DNA of 64,000 bases from positions 224,001 through 288,000 of the forward strand of contig CAVTHS010000014.1 of NCBI GenBank assembly GCA_963734535.1, written 5' to 3'. The DNA is from an uncultured Chloroflexia bacterium (GTDB lineage: Bacteria > Chloroflexota > Limnocylindria > Limnocylindrales > CSP1-4). Both the position numbers and the translations under genes were made by a program. A model generated the notes under the pieces. The model saw nothing but the letters and a program-made list of their open reading frames with translations, ran no database searches and was not told the DNA's origin. Positions within the stretch are counted from its first letter, which is position 1. The number at the start of each line of letters is the position of its first letter. This document shows, one piece after another, positions 1 through 10,617 of the stretch.

Positions 1-2
1 GA

Positions 3-326
3 ACCAGCCGCGTCCACGAGACGATCTTCGAGGATCGCCTCGAGTGGCTCAGCGAGCTTGGCCGGATGGGCGCCCGGGTGGAGATCGCGGACTCACGCCA
101 TGCGTCCATCACGGGCCCCACGCGGCTGCACGGCGCGGAGGTCTCCATCTCCGACCTGCGGGCCGGCGCGTCCCTGATCCTCGGCGCGCTCGCCGCGGAC
201 GGGACCTCCATCATCCGCGGCGCCCACCACGTGCAGCGCGGCTATGAGAACATCGACCGCAAGTTCCACGATCTCGGCGCCCGTATCGAGCGCCTCCCCG
301 AACCGGTGAGCACCCCAACTCCATGA
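3..326 (+). CDS. murA: UDP-N-acetylglucosamine 1-carboxyvinyltransferase, C-terminal part (runs off the window)
   Basis: Frame reads [15 protein letters not shown]..., [20 protein letters not shown]....HVQRGYE, the characteristic MurA C-terminus; stop overlaps mreB start (ATGA). Confidence 0.93.
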   Translation, partial: TSRVHETIFEDRLEWLSELGRMGARVEIADSRHASITGPTRLHGAEVSISDLRAGASLILGALAADGTSIIRGAHHVQRGYENIDRKFHDLGARIERLPEPVSTPTP

Positions 327-1321
327 AGATCGGCATCGACCTCGGCACGGCCAACGTCATCGTCTACGTCAAGGGCAAGGGAATCGTCATCCAGGAGCCA
401 TCCGTCGTCGCCGTCTCGGACGACAACCGCATCGTCGCGGTGGGGGAGGAGGCCCGCGAGATGATCGGCCGGACCCCCGGCAACATCTCCGCCATCCGGC
501 CGATGAAGGACGGCGTCATCGCCGACTACGTCATCACCGAGGCGATGCTCCGCTACTTCATCGGGCGCGCCCGGAAGGGCTCCTTCGGGCTGTCCCGGCC
601 GGAGGTGATGATCAGCGTCCCGGCCGGCGTCACGTCGGTCGAGAAGCGGGCGGTCCGCGACGCGGCCCTCAAGGCCGGCGCCCGCGAGGCCTACCTGATC
701 GAGGAGCCCCTGGCGGCGGCGATCGGGGCGAACGTCCCGATCAGCGGGCCCTCGGGGAACATGATCATCGACATCGGCGGCGGAACCAGCGAGATCGCGG
801 TGATCGCGCTCGGCGGAATCGTGGTCAGCAACAGCCTGCGGGTCGGGGGCAATCGCTTCGACGAGTCGATCGCGTCCTACATCCGCAAGAAGTACAACCT
901 GATGGTCGGCGACCGGACGGCCGAGGAGGTGAAGATCGCGATCGGGACCGCCCTGCCGCTCGAGCGCGAGCTCCAGATGGAGGTCCGCGGGCGCGACCTG
1001 ATCGCGGGGCTGCCGCGCACGATCCCGATCACGAGCTCCGAGGTCATGGAGGCGATCGAGCTGCCGCTCCAGCAGCTGGTCCAGGCGGTCCGCAGCGTCC
1101 TGGAGATGACGCCGCCCGAGCTGAGCTCCGACATCATCGACAAGGGGATGGTGATGTCCGGCGGCGGCTCGCTGCTGCGCAACATCGACCGGCTCCTCAC
1201 GCAGGTGACGGGCGTCCCGTGCCACGTGGCCGAGAACGCGCTGAACTGCGTCGCGCTCGGGACGGGCCTTGCCCTGGAGCACTTCGACTTCTTCAAGAAG
1301 TCGCTCGTCCAGCAGATCTGA
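323..1321 (+). CDS. mreB: Rod shape-determining protein MreB/Mbl
   Basis: [44 protein letters not shown] and GRDLIAGLP motifs. Confidence 0.97.
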   Translation: MKIGIDLGTANVIVYVKGKGIVIQEPSVVAVSDDNRIVAVGEEAREMIGRTPGNISAIRPMKDGVIADYVITEAMLRYFIGRARKGSFGLSRPEVMISVPAGVTSVEKRAVRDAALKAGAREAYLIEEPLAAAIGANVPISGPSGNMIIDIGGGTSEIAVIALGGIVVSNSLRVGGNRFDESIASYIRKKYNLMVGDRTAEEVKIAIGTALPLERELQMEVRGRDLIAGLPRTIPITSSEVMEAIELPLQQLVQAVRSVLEMTPPELSSDIIDKGMVMSGGGSLLRNIDRLLTQVTGVPCHVAENALNCVALGTGLALEHFDFFKKSLVQQI

Positions 1322-1329
1322 TCTCGATC

Positions 1330-2076
1330 GTGGACACCCCGGCTCCGGCGGATTCCCGCGGATCCGCCCTGGACGTCGCGTTCCTGGATCTCCACTGCCA
1401 CACGAATGCATCCTTCGATTGCCTGTCCGATCCGGTCAAGACGACGCTGGCCGCGGCGCGACGGGGGATCACGCACCTCGCGATCACGGATCACGATCGG
1501 ATCGACGGTGCGCTCCGGGCCCGGGACGGGGCGCCGGACGGGCTGATCGTGATCGTTGGGGAGGAGGTCAAGACCGCCTCGGGCGACCTCATCTGCCTGT
1601 TCCTGCAGGCGGCCGTTCCCCCCGGCCTGCCGCCGGCAGAGACGATCGCGCTCGTCCGCGAGCAGGGCGGGCTGGTCGGGATCCCGCACCCGTTCGACCG
1701 GCACCGGAGCTCGATGGCGAACGTCGGCGAGGAGCTCGAGGCCCTCGCGGGGCTCGTGGACTGGGTCGAGGCCTACAACGCGCGGGTTGTCCTCCGCGAG
1801 GGGAACGAGCGCGCCCAGGCGTTCGCGCTCCGCACGGGCCTTCCAGGCGTGGCAGTGTCGGACGCTCACTCGCTCCTGGAGGTCGGGGTCGCCTCCACGC
1901 GCGTGCTCGGCGATCCGTCCACGCCGTCCGGGCTCCTTGCGGCCCTGGCCAGCGCCGAGGTGCAGCCAGGGCATGCCACCTACTTCGCGCGCGGCCTGAC
2001 GCCCCTCGCGAAGCTGGTCCAGCGGGCCCGCGGCAACGGCCGAATCCGGCGCGCCGCGCCCGGCGGGCGTCGATGA
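1330..2076 (+). CDS. PHP-domain metal-dependent phosphoesterase
   Basis: DLHCHT, AITDHD, GEEV, PHPFD, EAYNAR and SDAH motifs; probable GTG start at 1330. Confidence 0.88.
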   Translation: MDTPAPADSRGSALDVAFLDLHCHTNASFDCLSDPVKTTLAAARRGITHLAITDHDRIDGALRARDGAPDGLIVIVGEEVKTASGDLICLFLQAAVPPGLPPAETIALVREQGGLVGIPHPFDRHRSSMANVGEELEALAGLVDWVEAYNARVVLREGNERAQAFALRTGLPGVAVSDAHSLLEVGVASTRVLGDPSTPSGLLAALASAEVQPGHATYFARGLTPLAKLVQRARGNGRIRRAAPGGRR

Positions 2077-3203
2077 CGGCGCCCCTGCCGCCCGACTTGC
2101 GCGAGGCCGACGACGCCGCGTCCGACGGACATACTGGCGCCCTCGCGGACCCGGCCGAGGGTCGCGACGCCAGCGCCGACCAGCTGTCGCTCGGGCGGCG
2201 CCTCCGCCAGCCCCGGACCATCCTGAGCCTTGTCGTCCCGCTCGTCCTTCTCGTGCTCGTCTTCCGCGTCGCGCTCAACGTGGACGTCAACGAGCTCGTT
2301 GCGGCCGTCCGGGCCGCGAACCCCGGCTTCCTCCTGGCTGCGTTCCTCATCTTCTACGCCGGCTTCCCGCTGCGCGGCTTTCGCTGGGCGCTCCTCCTCC
2401 GCGGAGCCAGCTTCCGGTTGGGCACGCCGGACGCGACGCGGATCCTCTTCCTCTCGTGGCTCGTCAACTGCCTCGTGCCCGCCAAGCTCGGGGACGTCTA
2501 CCGCGCCTACCTCCTGAAGATCAACAGCACGGCCTCGCTCTCGCGGACCTTCGGGACGGTGTTCATCGAGCGGATCCTGGACCTCTTCGCGATCGCGGTC
2601 CTGGGCCTCGCAGCCGGCTACTGGAGCTTCCGGAACGGGCTGCCGCCGTCGATCCAGGTGGTCTTTGCCATCGGCGTGGGGGTCGTCGTGGTCCTGGCCC
2701 TGATGCTCCTCACGTTGCGCAACTTCGGGCGGCGAATCCTGGTCCGGCTGCCGATCCCGCGCCGCGCGCGCCTCCTCGAGCTCTACGATCGGTTCGAAGA
2801 GGGCGTGTTCGGGGCCGTCGGAATCCGGGCGCTCCCCGGCCTCGTCATGGTGACCGGGCTCATCTGGGCGACGGAGGCGCTGCGGCTCTATCTCGTGGTC
2901 CGGGCGCTCGGCTTCCAGAGCGTCGAGCTGGGCATCTCGGGGTCGTTCTTCGTCGCGCTGATCGGCTCGCTCCTCACGGCGGTCCCGCTGAGCCCGGCCG
3001 GCCTCGGGATCGTGGAGCTGGGAGTGGTGGGCGTCATGACCGCGGCGTACGGGATCCCGCTGACGCAGGCCACCACGATCGCGCTCGTCGACCGGACGAT
3101 CAGCGTCTTCTCGATCATCGTCTTCGGCGGGATCTTCTACGCGATCTCGCCGCTCCGGAAGGGCGGTGGCCACGTCGGCGAGGAGATGCCGGCCCGCGGT
3201 TGA
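2073..3203 (+). CDS. Lysylphosphatidylglycerol-synthase TM / flippase-like (UPF0104, AglD2-like) membrane protein
   Basis: RGFRW, NCLVPAKLGDVYRAY, ERILD and PLSPAGLGIVE motifs; multiple TM helices; ATG overlaps upstream stop. Confidence 0.85.
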   Translation: MTAPLPPDLREADDAASDGHTGALADPAEGRDASADQLSLGRRLRQPRTILSLVVPLVLLVLVFRVALNVDVNELVAAVRAANPGFLLAAFLIFYAGFPLRGFRWALLLRGASFRLGTPDATRILFLSWLVNCLVPAKLGDVYRAYLLKINSTASLSRTFGTVFIERILDLFAIAVLGLAAGYWSFRNGLPPSIQVVFAIGVGVVVVLALMLLTLRNFGRRILVRLPIPRRARLLELYDRFEEGVFGAVGIRALPGLVMVTGLIWATEALRLYLVVRALGFQSVELGISGSFFVALIGSLLTAVPLSPAGLGIVELGVVGVMTAAYGIPLTQATTIALVDRTISVFSIIVFGGIFYAISPLRKGGGHVGEEMPARG

Positions 3204-3319
3204 GCCCGCCGACCGGCGTTCGCCGGGAGTACGAACGGGTCATGGTTCCGGGACGCGCCACTTCCGATAGTGATCTCGACGCGGCACCCCCCGCGTGACC
3301 AGGGAGCGCTCAGCCCAAC

Positions 3320-3841
3320 ATGACCACGCAGACCGGTCGGCCCTTCAACGAATGGCTGCGAGCCCAGCTCAAGGCCAAGAAGATGTCACAGCGCCAGCTG
3401 GCGCAGGCGTCCGGCGTCGACCACTCCACGATCTCGCGCCTCGTCCGCGGCGATCGGACGCCGTCGCTCGGGACGGCCACGAAGCTCGCCCGCGGCCTGC
3501 GTGAGATCCGCGAGGATGCGGACGCGCCGCAGTACCTGGGCCTGGTCTCCGGCGGCACGACCATGAACCCAACCGCACGCATCGAGTACGCGCTGCGCGC
3601 CGACGAGGCGCTCGGCGAGGCGCAGGTGCGGCAGGTGATGGAGTACTACCTCGCGGTGCGGATGCGCAGGTACGCGCGCCCGGTGGCGCCCCCCGCTACC
3701 CGCCCGCTCTACCCGGCGCTCTCCGCCCGGCAGGGCGTCACGGCGCTCGCCTCCGCCGTCGGGGGTTCATCCACGTCTGACCGCGGGATGCTTGCCGCCC
3801 GACCATCGAGCCTTCTCACGCGGCGGCCCCCGAGCCGCTGA
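3320..3841 (+). CDS. XRE-family helix-turn-helix transcriptional regulator
   Basis: MSQRQLAQASGVDHSTISRLVRGDRTPS HTH; GGGAG RBS upstream. Confidence 0.88.
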   Translation: MTTQTGRPFNEWLRAQLKAKKMSQRQLAQASGVDHSTISRLVRGDRTPSLGTATKLARGLREIREDADAPQYLGLVSGGTTMNPTARIEYALRADEALGEAQVRQVMEYYLAVRMRRYARPVAPPATRPLYPALSARQGVTALASAVGGSSTSDRGMLAARPSSLLTRRPPSR

Positions 3842-3894
3842 ACCGACCATCCTCGCCCCCCGGGAGGTCCCTCCCCTTTCCGGGTCTCAGGCAA

Positions 3895-3927
3895 GCGAAC
3901 GCCGGCGTCTGGGACGCCGGCGTTCGC
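3895..3927. terminator. Perfect 15-bp-stem hairpin between convergent genes (probable bidirectional terminator)
   Basis: GCGAACGCCGGCGTC-TGG-GACGCCGGCGTTCGC. Confidence 0.65.
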
Positions 3928-3931
3928 ACGT

Positions 3932-5501
3932 TCACGGGGCGGCGCGCTCGTAGACGGAGATGGTCCTGCCCGGAGCAGGCGCGAACCGGTCCAGCAGCAC
4001 CGGCCCGACGACGCCGGCACGATCCAGCGCGGCCGCCTCCGCGGGCCCCCGGCATGCGACGCCGACGACCTTCTCGAACAAGTCGTCGCAGATGACCACC
4101 AGCCGGCGTGCGGCGGATCACCTCCACCGGCGTCACGCCCAGCAACCCGAGCGGATACGAATAGGCCGTGACCGGCTTGAAGGGCGGCACGTCCAGGAGC
4201 GCCGTCGGGATGTCGCGGATCTCCGCCGCGAGCCGGGCCGCGGCGTCGCGAGCCGCGGGCCAGTCCCCGTTGGCGGCCACGGCGGGCGGCTGCGTGCCCA
4301 GGTTCCAGGCGACCAGCGCCGTCACCCCGATGACGGCAAGCCCCCGCCCGGCGCGATCGCGCTTCCAGAGCGCCGCTGCACCGAGGCCGACCAGCACGAG
4401 GACGGCCGGATCCACGAACGCGTGGTAATGGTCCACGGGGAGCGGCGTCACGGTCGCCAGCGACGCCACGAACAGGGTGAGGAGCAGGGTTGAGGAGACC
4501 ACCCAGCCCATGAGCCACCGCGTGGCGGTCGCCTCCGCGCCGCGGGACGCGGCGACCCGCCAGACAACCAGCGAACCGGCTGCGACGACGGCGATCACGG
4601 CGGCAGCCGGCGCATCGGTCACCAGCCCGACGAGCGGCCAGGCGGCGATCCGCAGCGGCACGAAGAAGAGCCGAATGACGAGACCGGGGCCGGATGCGTC
4701 GCCGCCCGCGCGCAGGAAGTCGAGCGCCGCGCGGCTCTGGTCGAACCCCGACCCAAGCTCGTGGAGCAGGAGCGGGAGATAGCCGAGCGCGATCAGGCCG
4801 AGGCCGGCCAGGCCCCAGCGGGCGGTCGACCCCCGGCGACCGGGCTCCCGGCGCAGGTCGGCCAGCCACAGGGCGGCAAGCGCGGGGAGCGCCACGATCC
4901 CGAGGAGGTGCGCCTGCTGGACCACGGCCTGGGCTGCGCCCGCTGCAAGCCACCAGCGCGCGTTGCGCGTCGCCCAGGCGCGCCACCCGCAGGCGAGCGC
5001 GAGCGCGGCCGCGAGCGGCAGCAGGTTCGGGTTCCAGATGAAGGTCGAGCCGCCGACCGCCGTGGCCGACGTCGCGGCGAGCAGGCCGGCGAACAGCCCG
5101 GCGACCGGTCCGCCCATCGCGCGGCCGAGCCACCACACGACGCCGACCGCGGCGATCCCGGCCAGCGCGATCCACAGGACCACCGCGGTCGGGTCCGTGC
5201 CGCCGGCGGGGATCGCGGCCGGGGCGAGCAGGTAGTAGTAGAGCGCGCCGTGGTGGACATTGCCGATCGACGTCTGCGGGCCCAGCAGCGGCACCACGCC
5301 GTGCGTGACGAACGCCTGCAGCGTCGCCATGTCCACGCCCTGGTCGGAGTCCCACCCGCCGCGCTCCGCGATGCCCGGGATGCGAAGCAGGGCCGCCAGC
5401 AGGACGACACCGCCGAGCACGGCGAGATCGCGCGTCCGGGCAGGGAGTGCCATCAGACGGGCGCCCGCATCGCGCCAGCCCGCCGTGGCCTCCCGGGTCA
5501 C
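3932..5501 (-). CDS. GT-C fold glycosyltransferase (ArnT/PMT, GT39/83-like); frameshift near the C-terminus
   Basis: WDSDQG, PLLGP, YYYLLAP, STFIWNPN, many TM helices; true C-terminus (...TISVYERAAP*) is in another frame ending at 3932. Confidence 0.75.
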
Positions 5502-6397
5502 GTGGGCCCGGCCGCGCGGGACCTGGTCCCGCGCATCTCGAGCGCCTCCGCAGGCAGCTGCGGCGGCAGGCGGCCGGCGGCAAGGTCGTGGGCGCGCCCC
5601 ATGTTGATCGCGTCGTAGCCCTCGTCCATGCCGGGTGTCTCGAGGTAGTACGCCACGTGGGCCAGCGCGGGGTGGGTCAGGATCCGGGCCAGGCCGTCGG
5701 CGCCGATCTCACCGGCGGCGAGGTGCTGGTGTCGATCGCCGCGCGACCCGAACGGCACCCTCGAATCGTTGAGGTGGACCATCGAGAGGCGCTCGAGGCC
5801 GATCCTGGCGGCGATCGCGTCCACCAGGGCGTCGACGTCGTCCCCGGTGCCGATCGCCACGCCCGCGCCCCACAGGTGGGCCGTGTCCAGGCAGAGCCCG
5901 ACCCGGTCCGCCGCGATGCCCCGGGCGCCGATCGCGTCGAGGATCCGGGCCAGCTCGTCCACGCTCGTGCCCAGGCCGTCGCCGCTTCCCGCCGAGTTCT
6001 CGAGGACCAGCCTGGCAGCATCTGCACCCGCGGGTGCCTCCGCCAGGACGCGGGCGAGGCCGTCTGCCAGCCGCGCGATCCCGGCCTCGACGCCCGCGCC
6101 CCGGTGGGACCCGACATGGACGTTGACGAAGCGTGCTCCGTATGCCGGCGCCACCGCGAGCTCGCGCGACAGGACGCCGATCGACCGCTCGAAGAGGTCG
6201 CCGTCCGACCCGGCCAGGTTCACGAGGTAGGCAGCGTGGATCGCGAGCGGTCCGAGGCCCAGCTCCGAGATCCTCGCCCGGAACGCAGGCAGCTCGTCCG
6301 GGAGCGCGTCCCGGCGGCGCCATGCGGTCGGGTTGTCGGCGAAGAGCTGGAGCGTGTCGGCGCCGATCGCCGCCGCGCGCTCGGCCGCGCGGACCAT
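5498..6397 (-). CDS. nfo: Endonuclease IV (start probably further upstream, includes RRLGVHLP)
   Basis: IHAAYLVNLA, VHVGSH, LENSAG, CLDTAHLW, HLNDS, DRHQH and LETP motifs. Confidence 0.92.
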   Translation of the reverse strand: MVRAAERAAAIGADTLQLFADNPTAWRRRDALPDELPAFRARISELGLGPLAIHAAYLVNLAGSDGDLFERSIGVLSRELAVAPAYGARFVNVHVGSHRGAGVEAGIARLADGLARVLAEAPAGADAARLVLENSAGSGDGLGTSVDELARILDAIGARGIAADRVGLCLDTAHLWGAGVAIGTGDDVDALVDAIAARIGLERLSMVHLNDSRVPFGSRGDRHQHLAAGEIGADGLARILTHPALAHVAYYLETPGMDEGYDAINMGRAHDLAAGRLPPQLPAEALEMRGTRSRAAGPT

Positions 6398-6630
6398 CCC
6401 CGGCCCAAGGGGCAGATGGACACCCAGGCGGCGGCCCCCGGGGAGCTGCGGACGCGGAGCACTCGGCTCGGCAGCGGCCGTGTTCCGAGGGTCTGACAGG
6501 CATCCACGGGATCGTACAGGAGCCCGGACTGCCCGGGCAGCGCGCCGCCCGCGGTCGCCGCGCCCGGCTCCCGTGTTGTCTCCGCCGCTGTTGTGTCGCC
6601 CGCCCGCGAGCGCGCTCGCGGAGCGCCGCC

Positions 6631-7218
6631 TCAGCGGGCGCGGGGCGCCTTGCTCGACGTGTATTCGCCGGCCACGATCGGCTCGATCAGCCCGAAATCC
6701 CCGTCGCGGCGCCGATAGAGCACGTTCACGCGCTCGTTCTCCGCGTTCACGAAGACGAAGAACGCGTGTCCGAGCGACTCCATCTCCGCGATGGCGTCCT
6801 CCTCGAACATCGGCTGGATCGCGAAGCGCTTCGACTTGACCACCCGGCGCTCGCGTTCGCCATCAGCCGTCCCGTCCGCGATCTTCGAGAGGATTCCCTT
6901 CTCCTCCGGCCCGCGGGCCCGGACGCGCGGCTTCTCGCGGTGGTCCACGGCGCGCCGCTCCACCTTGTCGACGACCTCGTCGATCGCGGCCTCGTACGTC
7001 ACGGCGTCAGCCCGGCCGCGCAGCGGCTGGCCGTCGATCACCAGGGTCACCTCGGCGATCCGCGAGTCCTCGGTGCTCCTGTGGTGCTCGACCGAGATCT
7101 CGAGAATCGCGTCCGTCCGGTCATCGAGGAAGCGCTCCAGGCGCCGCATCTTCCGCTCGGCATACTGCCGCACGGCGTCCGGGACATCGAGGTTCTTGCC
7201 CTTGACGATCGTCCTCAC
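6631..7218 (-). CDS. hpf: Ribosome hibernation promoting factor, long form (HPF/YvyD)
   Basis: IVKGKNLDV..A...YAERK N-domain plus KRF...PM..EDAI..ME.LGH.FFVF.N...VNVLYRR.DG.FGLIEP C-domain; GGAGG RBS. Confidence 0.95.
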   Translation of the reverse strand: MRTIVKGKNLDVPDAVRQYAERKMRRLERFLDDRTDAILEISVEHHRSTEDSRIAEVTLVIDGQPLRGRADAVTYEAAIDEVVDKVERRAVDHREKPRVRARGPEEKGILSKIADGTADGERERRVVKSKRFAIQPMFEEDAIAEMESLGHAFFVFVNAENERVNVLYRRRDGDFGLIEPIVAGEYTSSKAPRAR

Positions 7219-7347
7219 GGTTGACCTCCAGGGTGGCGGCGGCCCGCGACGCGAGGCGCGACGAGAGCCACCGGCAGGCGTGGTCCGAGTATAGCCCCGG
7301 CTCCCGCGCCGCTCACCCGGCCGGTTCTCGATGCGCCGCCCGGCCGG

Positions 7348-8044
7348 TCACGCTTCCCGGGCCACGGTGCAGGCCGAGACGCCCGCCGGCGCCCTCCGCG
7401 AGGAGCGCGTTGGCGCACGCGACGAGCGTCGCGCCGGTGGTGGCGACATCGTCGATGAGCACGATCCAGCGTCCGGCCACGACCGTCCGCGACGCGTCCC
7501 GTACCCGAAACGCGTCCGCCACGTTCGCGGCGCGGTGCTCGCGCCCCAGCTCGAACTGCGGCACGGTCGCGCGGTCCCGGCCGAGCGCCACGACCGCCGG
7601 GATCCGCAGGTGAGCCGCGGCCGCGTCGGCGAGCAGGACTGCCTGGTCGTAGCCGCGTCGTCGTCGCCGCTCCTCGTGGATCGGGACCGGGACCAGCATG
7701 TCGCCGCCGGCCCCGGCCTCTGCCCAGCGGGCTGCGATCGCGGCACCGAGGGGCTCGGCCAGCCGGCGCTCGCCCGCGTACTTGAGCGCGTGGAGGGCGC
7801 TTCGCACGACCCCCGCGAACGGGGCGCACCACTCGAGCTGGAGCAGCGGCAGCGGGACGCTCGACGGAAGCCCGAGGGGCGCACCCGGCGGGATTCCACG
7901 CCTGGCGGCGAGGGCCGGCAGGCACTCGCCGCAGAGGGGCGCCCCTTCGACGCCGCATCCGGCACACACCGCCGGGAACGCCGCGTCGAGGACGCGTGCC
8001 GCGATCCGGGAGGGTGAGGCGAATCCGGGAGTGATCCTGGCCAT
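7348..8044 (-). CDS. comF: ComF family competence protein (zinc ribbon + PRTase-like); C-terminal frameshift
   Basis: CAGC...LCGEC, LKY, PVPIH..R..RRGYDQA and VLIDDVATTGATL; terminal TVAR found in the alternate frame ending at 7348. Confidence 0.88.
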
Positions 8045-8160
8045 CCGCGAAATGGTGATCGGCGACGCTTACCGCGGGAGCACCTGCCGATCCACCGACG
8101 TTGCACCTTGGCTCTTGCGGAGCCTCGCAGAGCGCCGGCCCCGCCTGCGCCAGACAACGC

Positions 8161-8571
8161 CTACGTCACGGGCTCCAGCATCACCACATCACCCGGCTGC
8201 GTCCCGGTCGCAGCTGCCAGCCCGGCGGGCAGCTCCAGGCAGCCGTCCGCGCCGCGCGCGTACCACACGAGGCCAAGCCACGGGCGAAGGTCGGCGCGGA
8301 CCGACACGACCCGGCGCGTGCCATCGGGAGCCGGCCGCGCGAGGAAGACCGCGTCGATCGGGAACCGCATGAAGAACATGTGGATGTTCGAGGTGCGGGT
8401 CAGCCACAGCCCGCCCCCCGGGTTCAGCGCGGGCCGGCCCATCAGGCCACGGAAGCGGGCCCAGAACGAATCGCCCAGCTCCAGGCTGCTCGCGAGCTCC
8501 GTGCCGCGGGTCAGGTTGCGGGCGCTGAGCAACGTCGAACCGGCATCCTGACCGCTGTCAGCGTTACGCAC
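8161..8571 (-). CDS. DUF192 family protein
   Basis: RFRGLMGR, IHMFFMRFPIDAVFL, LELPAG and GD motifs. Confidence 0.85.
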   Translation of the reverse strand: MRNADSGQDAGSTLLSARNLTRGTELASSLELGDSFWARFRGLMGRPALNPGGGLWLTRTSNIHMFFMRFPIDAVFLARPAPDGTRRVVSVRADLRPWLGLVWYARGADGCLELPAGLAAATGTQPGDVVMLEPVT

Positions 8572-8616
8572 GGGGACCGGGGCGCCCTCGCCCGGAGGAC
8601 CCGAGCGACGAGATGG

Positions 8617-9576
8617 TCAGCCGCCTGCCGCGCCGCCGGGCCCGCCGGGGCCCGCCAGGTTCTTGATGATCAGGATGATCGCCGGCCCCAGGATGACCAC
8701 GAACAGCGACGGGAAGATGCACCCGACAAGCGGGAAGAGCATCTTGATCGGTGCCTTGTTGGCCATCTCCTCGGCCCGCTGGCGGCGCTCGATCCGGAGC
8801 TGCTCGGACTGGACCTGGAGCACCTTGCTGATCGAGACGCCCAGCTGCTCGGCCTGGATGATGGCGCCGATGAAGTTGGTGAGCGGCGCCACGTCGGTCC
8901 GCGCGACGATGTCGCGGAGCGCGTCGCGGCGAGCCTTGCCCATCCGGACCTCGGCAAGCGCGCGACGGAACTCGTCGGTGAGCGGTCCGACGAGCTTCTC
9001 GACCACCTTGCCGAGCGCGGCGTCGAAGCCGAGGCCGGCCCGGACGCTGATCGTCAGCAGGTCCAGGGCGTCCGGGATCTGGAGGAGGATGGCGTGCTTG
9101 CGGGCGCTTACCCGCCGGCCCAGCCAGAACTCCGGGGCGATGTAGCCGAACGCGATCCCGGCCACGCCGGTGAGCAGACCGATCACCGGACCGGTGCCGA
9201 GAAGGAACGTGAACAGGAGGAAGAAGAGGATCGCGAAGACGATCGACGACACCGCCTTGATCCCCAGCCAGTCGGCAACACGGAGCTCGCCGGGGTTGCC
9301 GGCCATCGCAAGGCGCTTCTCGGTGGTCGCGCTGAACGACGCAGAGGTGAACCGGGAGACCGTGCCGGACATCCGTCCGACGAGCGGCTTGAGCGTCCGG
9401 TCGAGGAACGGCTGCTGGAGCTCGATCTCCTCCAGGTTCCTCGCCTGCATGGTCCCCAGCTGCGTCAGCCGGGCCTGGACCGGGTCGACGGAGGAGCCGC
9501 CGGCAAGCCCCAGGGCGATCAGGAGGATCGCGAAGGCCGCCGCGGCCGCGATGACGATCGGGAGCAGTGTGCCCAT
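8617..9576 (-). CDS. tadC: Tad pilus platform protein TadC (T2SS F family)
   Basis: PDALDLLTISVRAGLGFDAAL, QAEQLG, AEEMANKAPIKMLFPL. Confidence 0.93.
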   Translation of the reverse strand: MGTLLPIVIAAAAAFAILLIALGLAGGSSVDPVQARLTQLGTMQARNLEEIELQQPFLDRTLKPLVGRMSGTVSRFTSASFSATTEKRLAMAGNPGELRVADWLGIKAVSSIVFAILFFLLFTFLLGTGPVIGLLTGVAGIAFGYIAPEFWLGRRVSARKHAILLQIPDALDLLTISVRAGLGFDAALGKVVEKLVGPLTDEFRRALAEVRMGKARRDALRDIVARTDVAPLTNFIGAIIQAEQLGVSISKVLQVQSEQLRIERRQRAEEMANKAPIKMLFPLVGCIFPSLFVVILGPAIILIIKNLAGPGGPGGAAGG

Positions 9577-9580
9577 CGCC

Positions 9581-10594
9581 CTAGACCTCGATGTCCACGA
9601 TCTTACGGATGAACATGAAGCCGATGAACATCATCACCCCGCCGACGCTCATCAGGACGATGCCGGTCGGGATCCCCACGATGCTGACGGCCGGGTCGAA
9701 CATCGGCGCCATGAAGTTCGGCGCGATCAGGAACAGGACCGCGGTCAGGCCGATCGGCAGGAATGCCACCACGTAGCCGGAGATCCGCTGCTGGGCCGTG
9801 AGCGTGCGGATCTCGCCCTTGATCCGCACGCGCTCGCGGATCGTGTACGCGATGGAGTCGAGGATCTCCGCCAGGTTGCCGCCCACCTGGTACTGGATCG
9901 AGATCGCCGTCGCCATGAGATCCAGGTCCTCCGATTCGACGCGGCGGACCATGTTCTGGAGCGCCTTCTCGAAGGGGAGCCCCAGGTTGACCTCGCGGAT
10001 CACGCGCTGGAACTCGGTCGAGATCGGCGGCCGGGACTCGCGAACCACCAGCTCGATGGCCTGCAGGAACGACGACCCTGCCCGGAGGGCGTTGGCCAGG
10101 AGCGTGATCGTGTCCGGGAGCTGCTTGTTGAACGAGTTGAGCCGCCCTCCCTGGCGCCGCTTGACGAAGAAGCGCGGCAGGAAGAAGCCGATGACGGCCC
10201 CGACGAGGAGCACGATCGGGTTCTGGAGCCCCGGCGAGAAGAACCCGAAGATGAACATGATCACGGGGATCCCGACGATCGCGCCCGCCCAGATGAAGAG
10301 ATACTCGCTGACCTTGAGCTTGAGGTCCGCGCGGGCAAGCTCCCGGGCGATGTTCGCCCCGAAGTCGCGCTCCTCGACGATGCGATTGAGCTGGGCGATC
10401 GAGGCCGACTGCGCAATCAGGTCGCTGATGGGACCCTGGCCGGTGGACGGCGCCTTCGTCGTCTGCGGCTGTCCCGATGCGTAGCGCTCGAGGCGGGCCG
10501 TGACGCCGCTCCCGCGGCCGGACGTGGCGATGCCCACGGCGATGAGCAGGATCGCGAGCGCAGCAGCTGCGGCGACGAGAAGAGTCGGCTGCAC
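9581..10594 (-). CDS. tadB: Tad pilus platform protein TadB
   Basis: QLPDTITLLANALRAG, GGNLAEILD, IRER, TAQQRISG, RKIVDIEV. Confidence 0.93.
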   Translation of the reverse strand: MQPTLLVAAAAALAILLIAVGIATSGRGSGVTARLERYASGQPQTTKAPSTGQGPISDLIAQSASIAQLNRIVEERDFGANIARELARADLKLKVSEYLFIWAGAIVGIPVIMFIFGFFSPGLQNPIVLLVGAVIGFFLPRFFVKRRQGGRLNSFNKQLPDTITLLANALRAGSSFLQAIELVVRESRPPISTEFQRVIREVNLGLPFEKALQNMVRRVESEDLDLMATAISIQYQVGGNLAEILDSIAYTIRERVRIKGEIRTLTAQQRISGYVVAFLPIGLTAVLFLIAPNFMAPMFDPAVSIVGIPTGIVLMSVGGVMMFIGFMFIRKIVDIEV

Positions 10595-10617
10595 GATGGA
10601 GCCTCCCGGCCTGCGCC

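Noticed and set aside
3895-3927. GAAC...GTTC dyad as a LexA box
   Set aside because: Spacer is far longer than 4 nt and it lies between convergent 3' ends; better explained as a terminator hairpin
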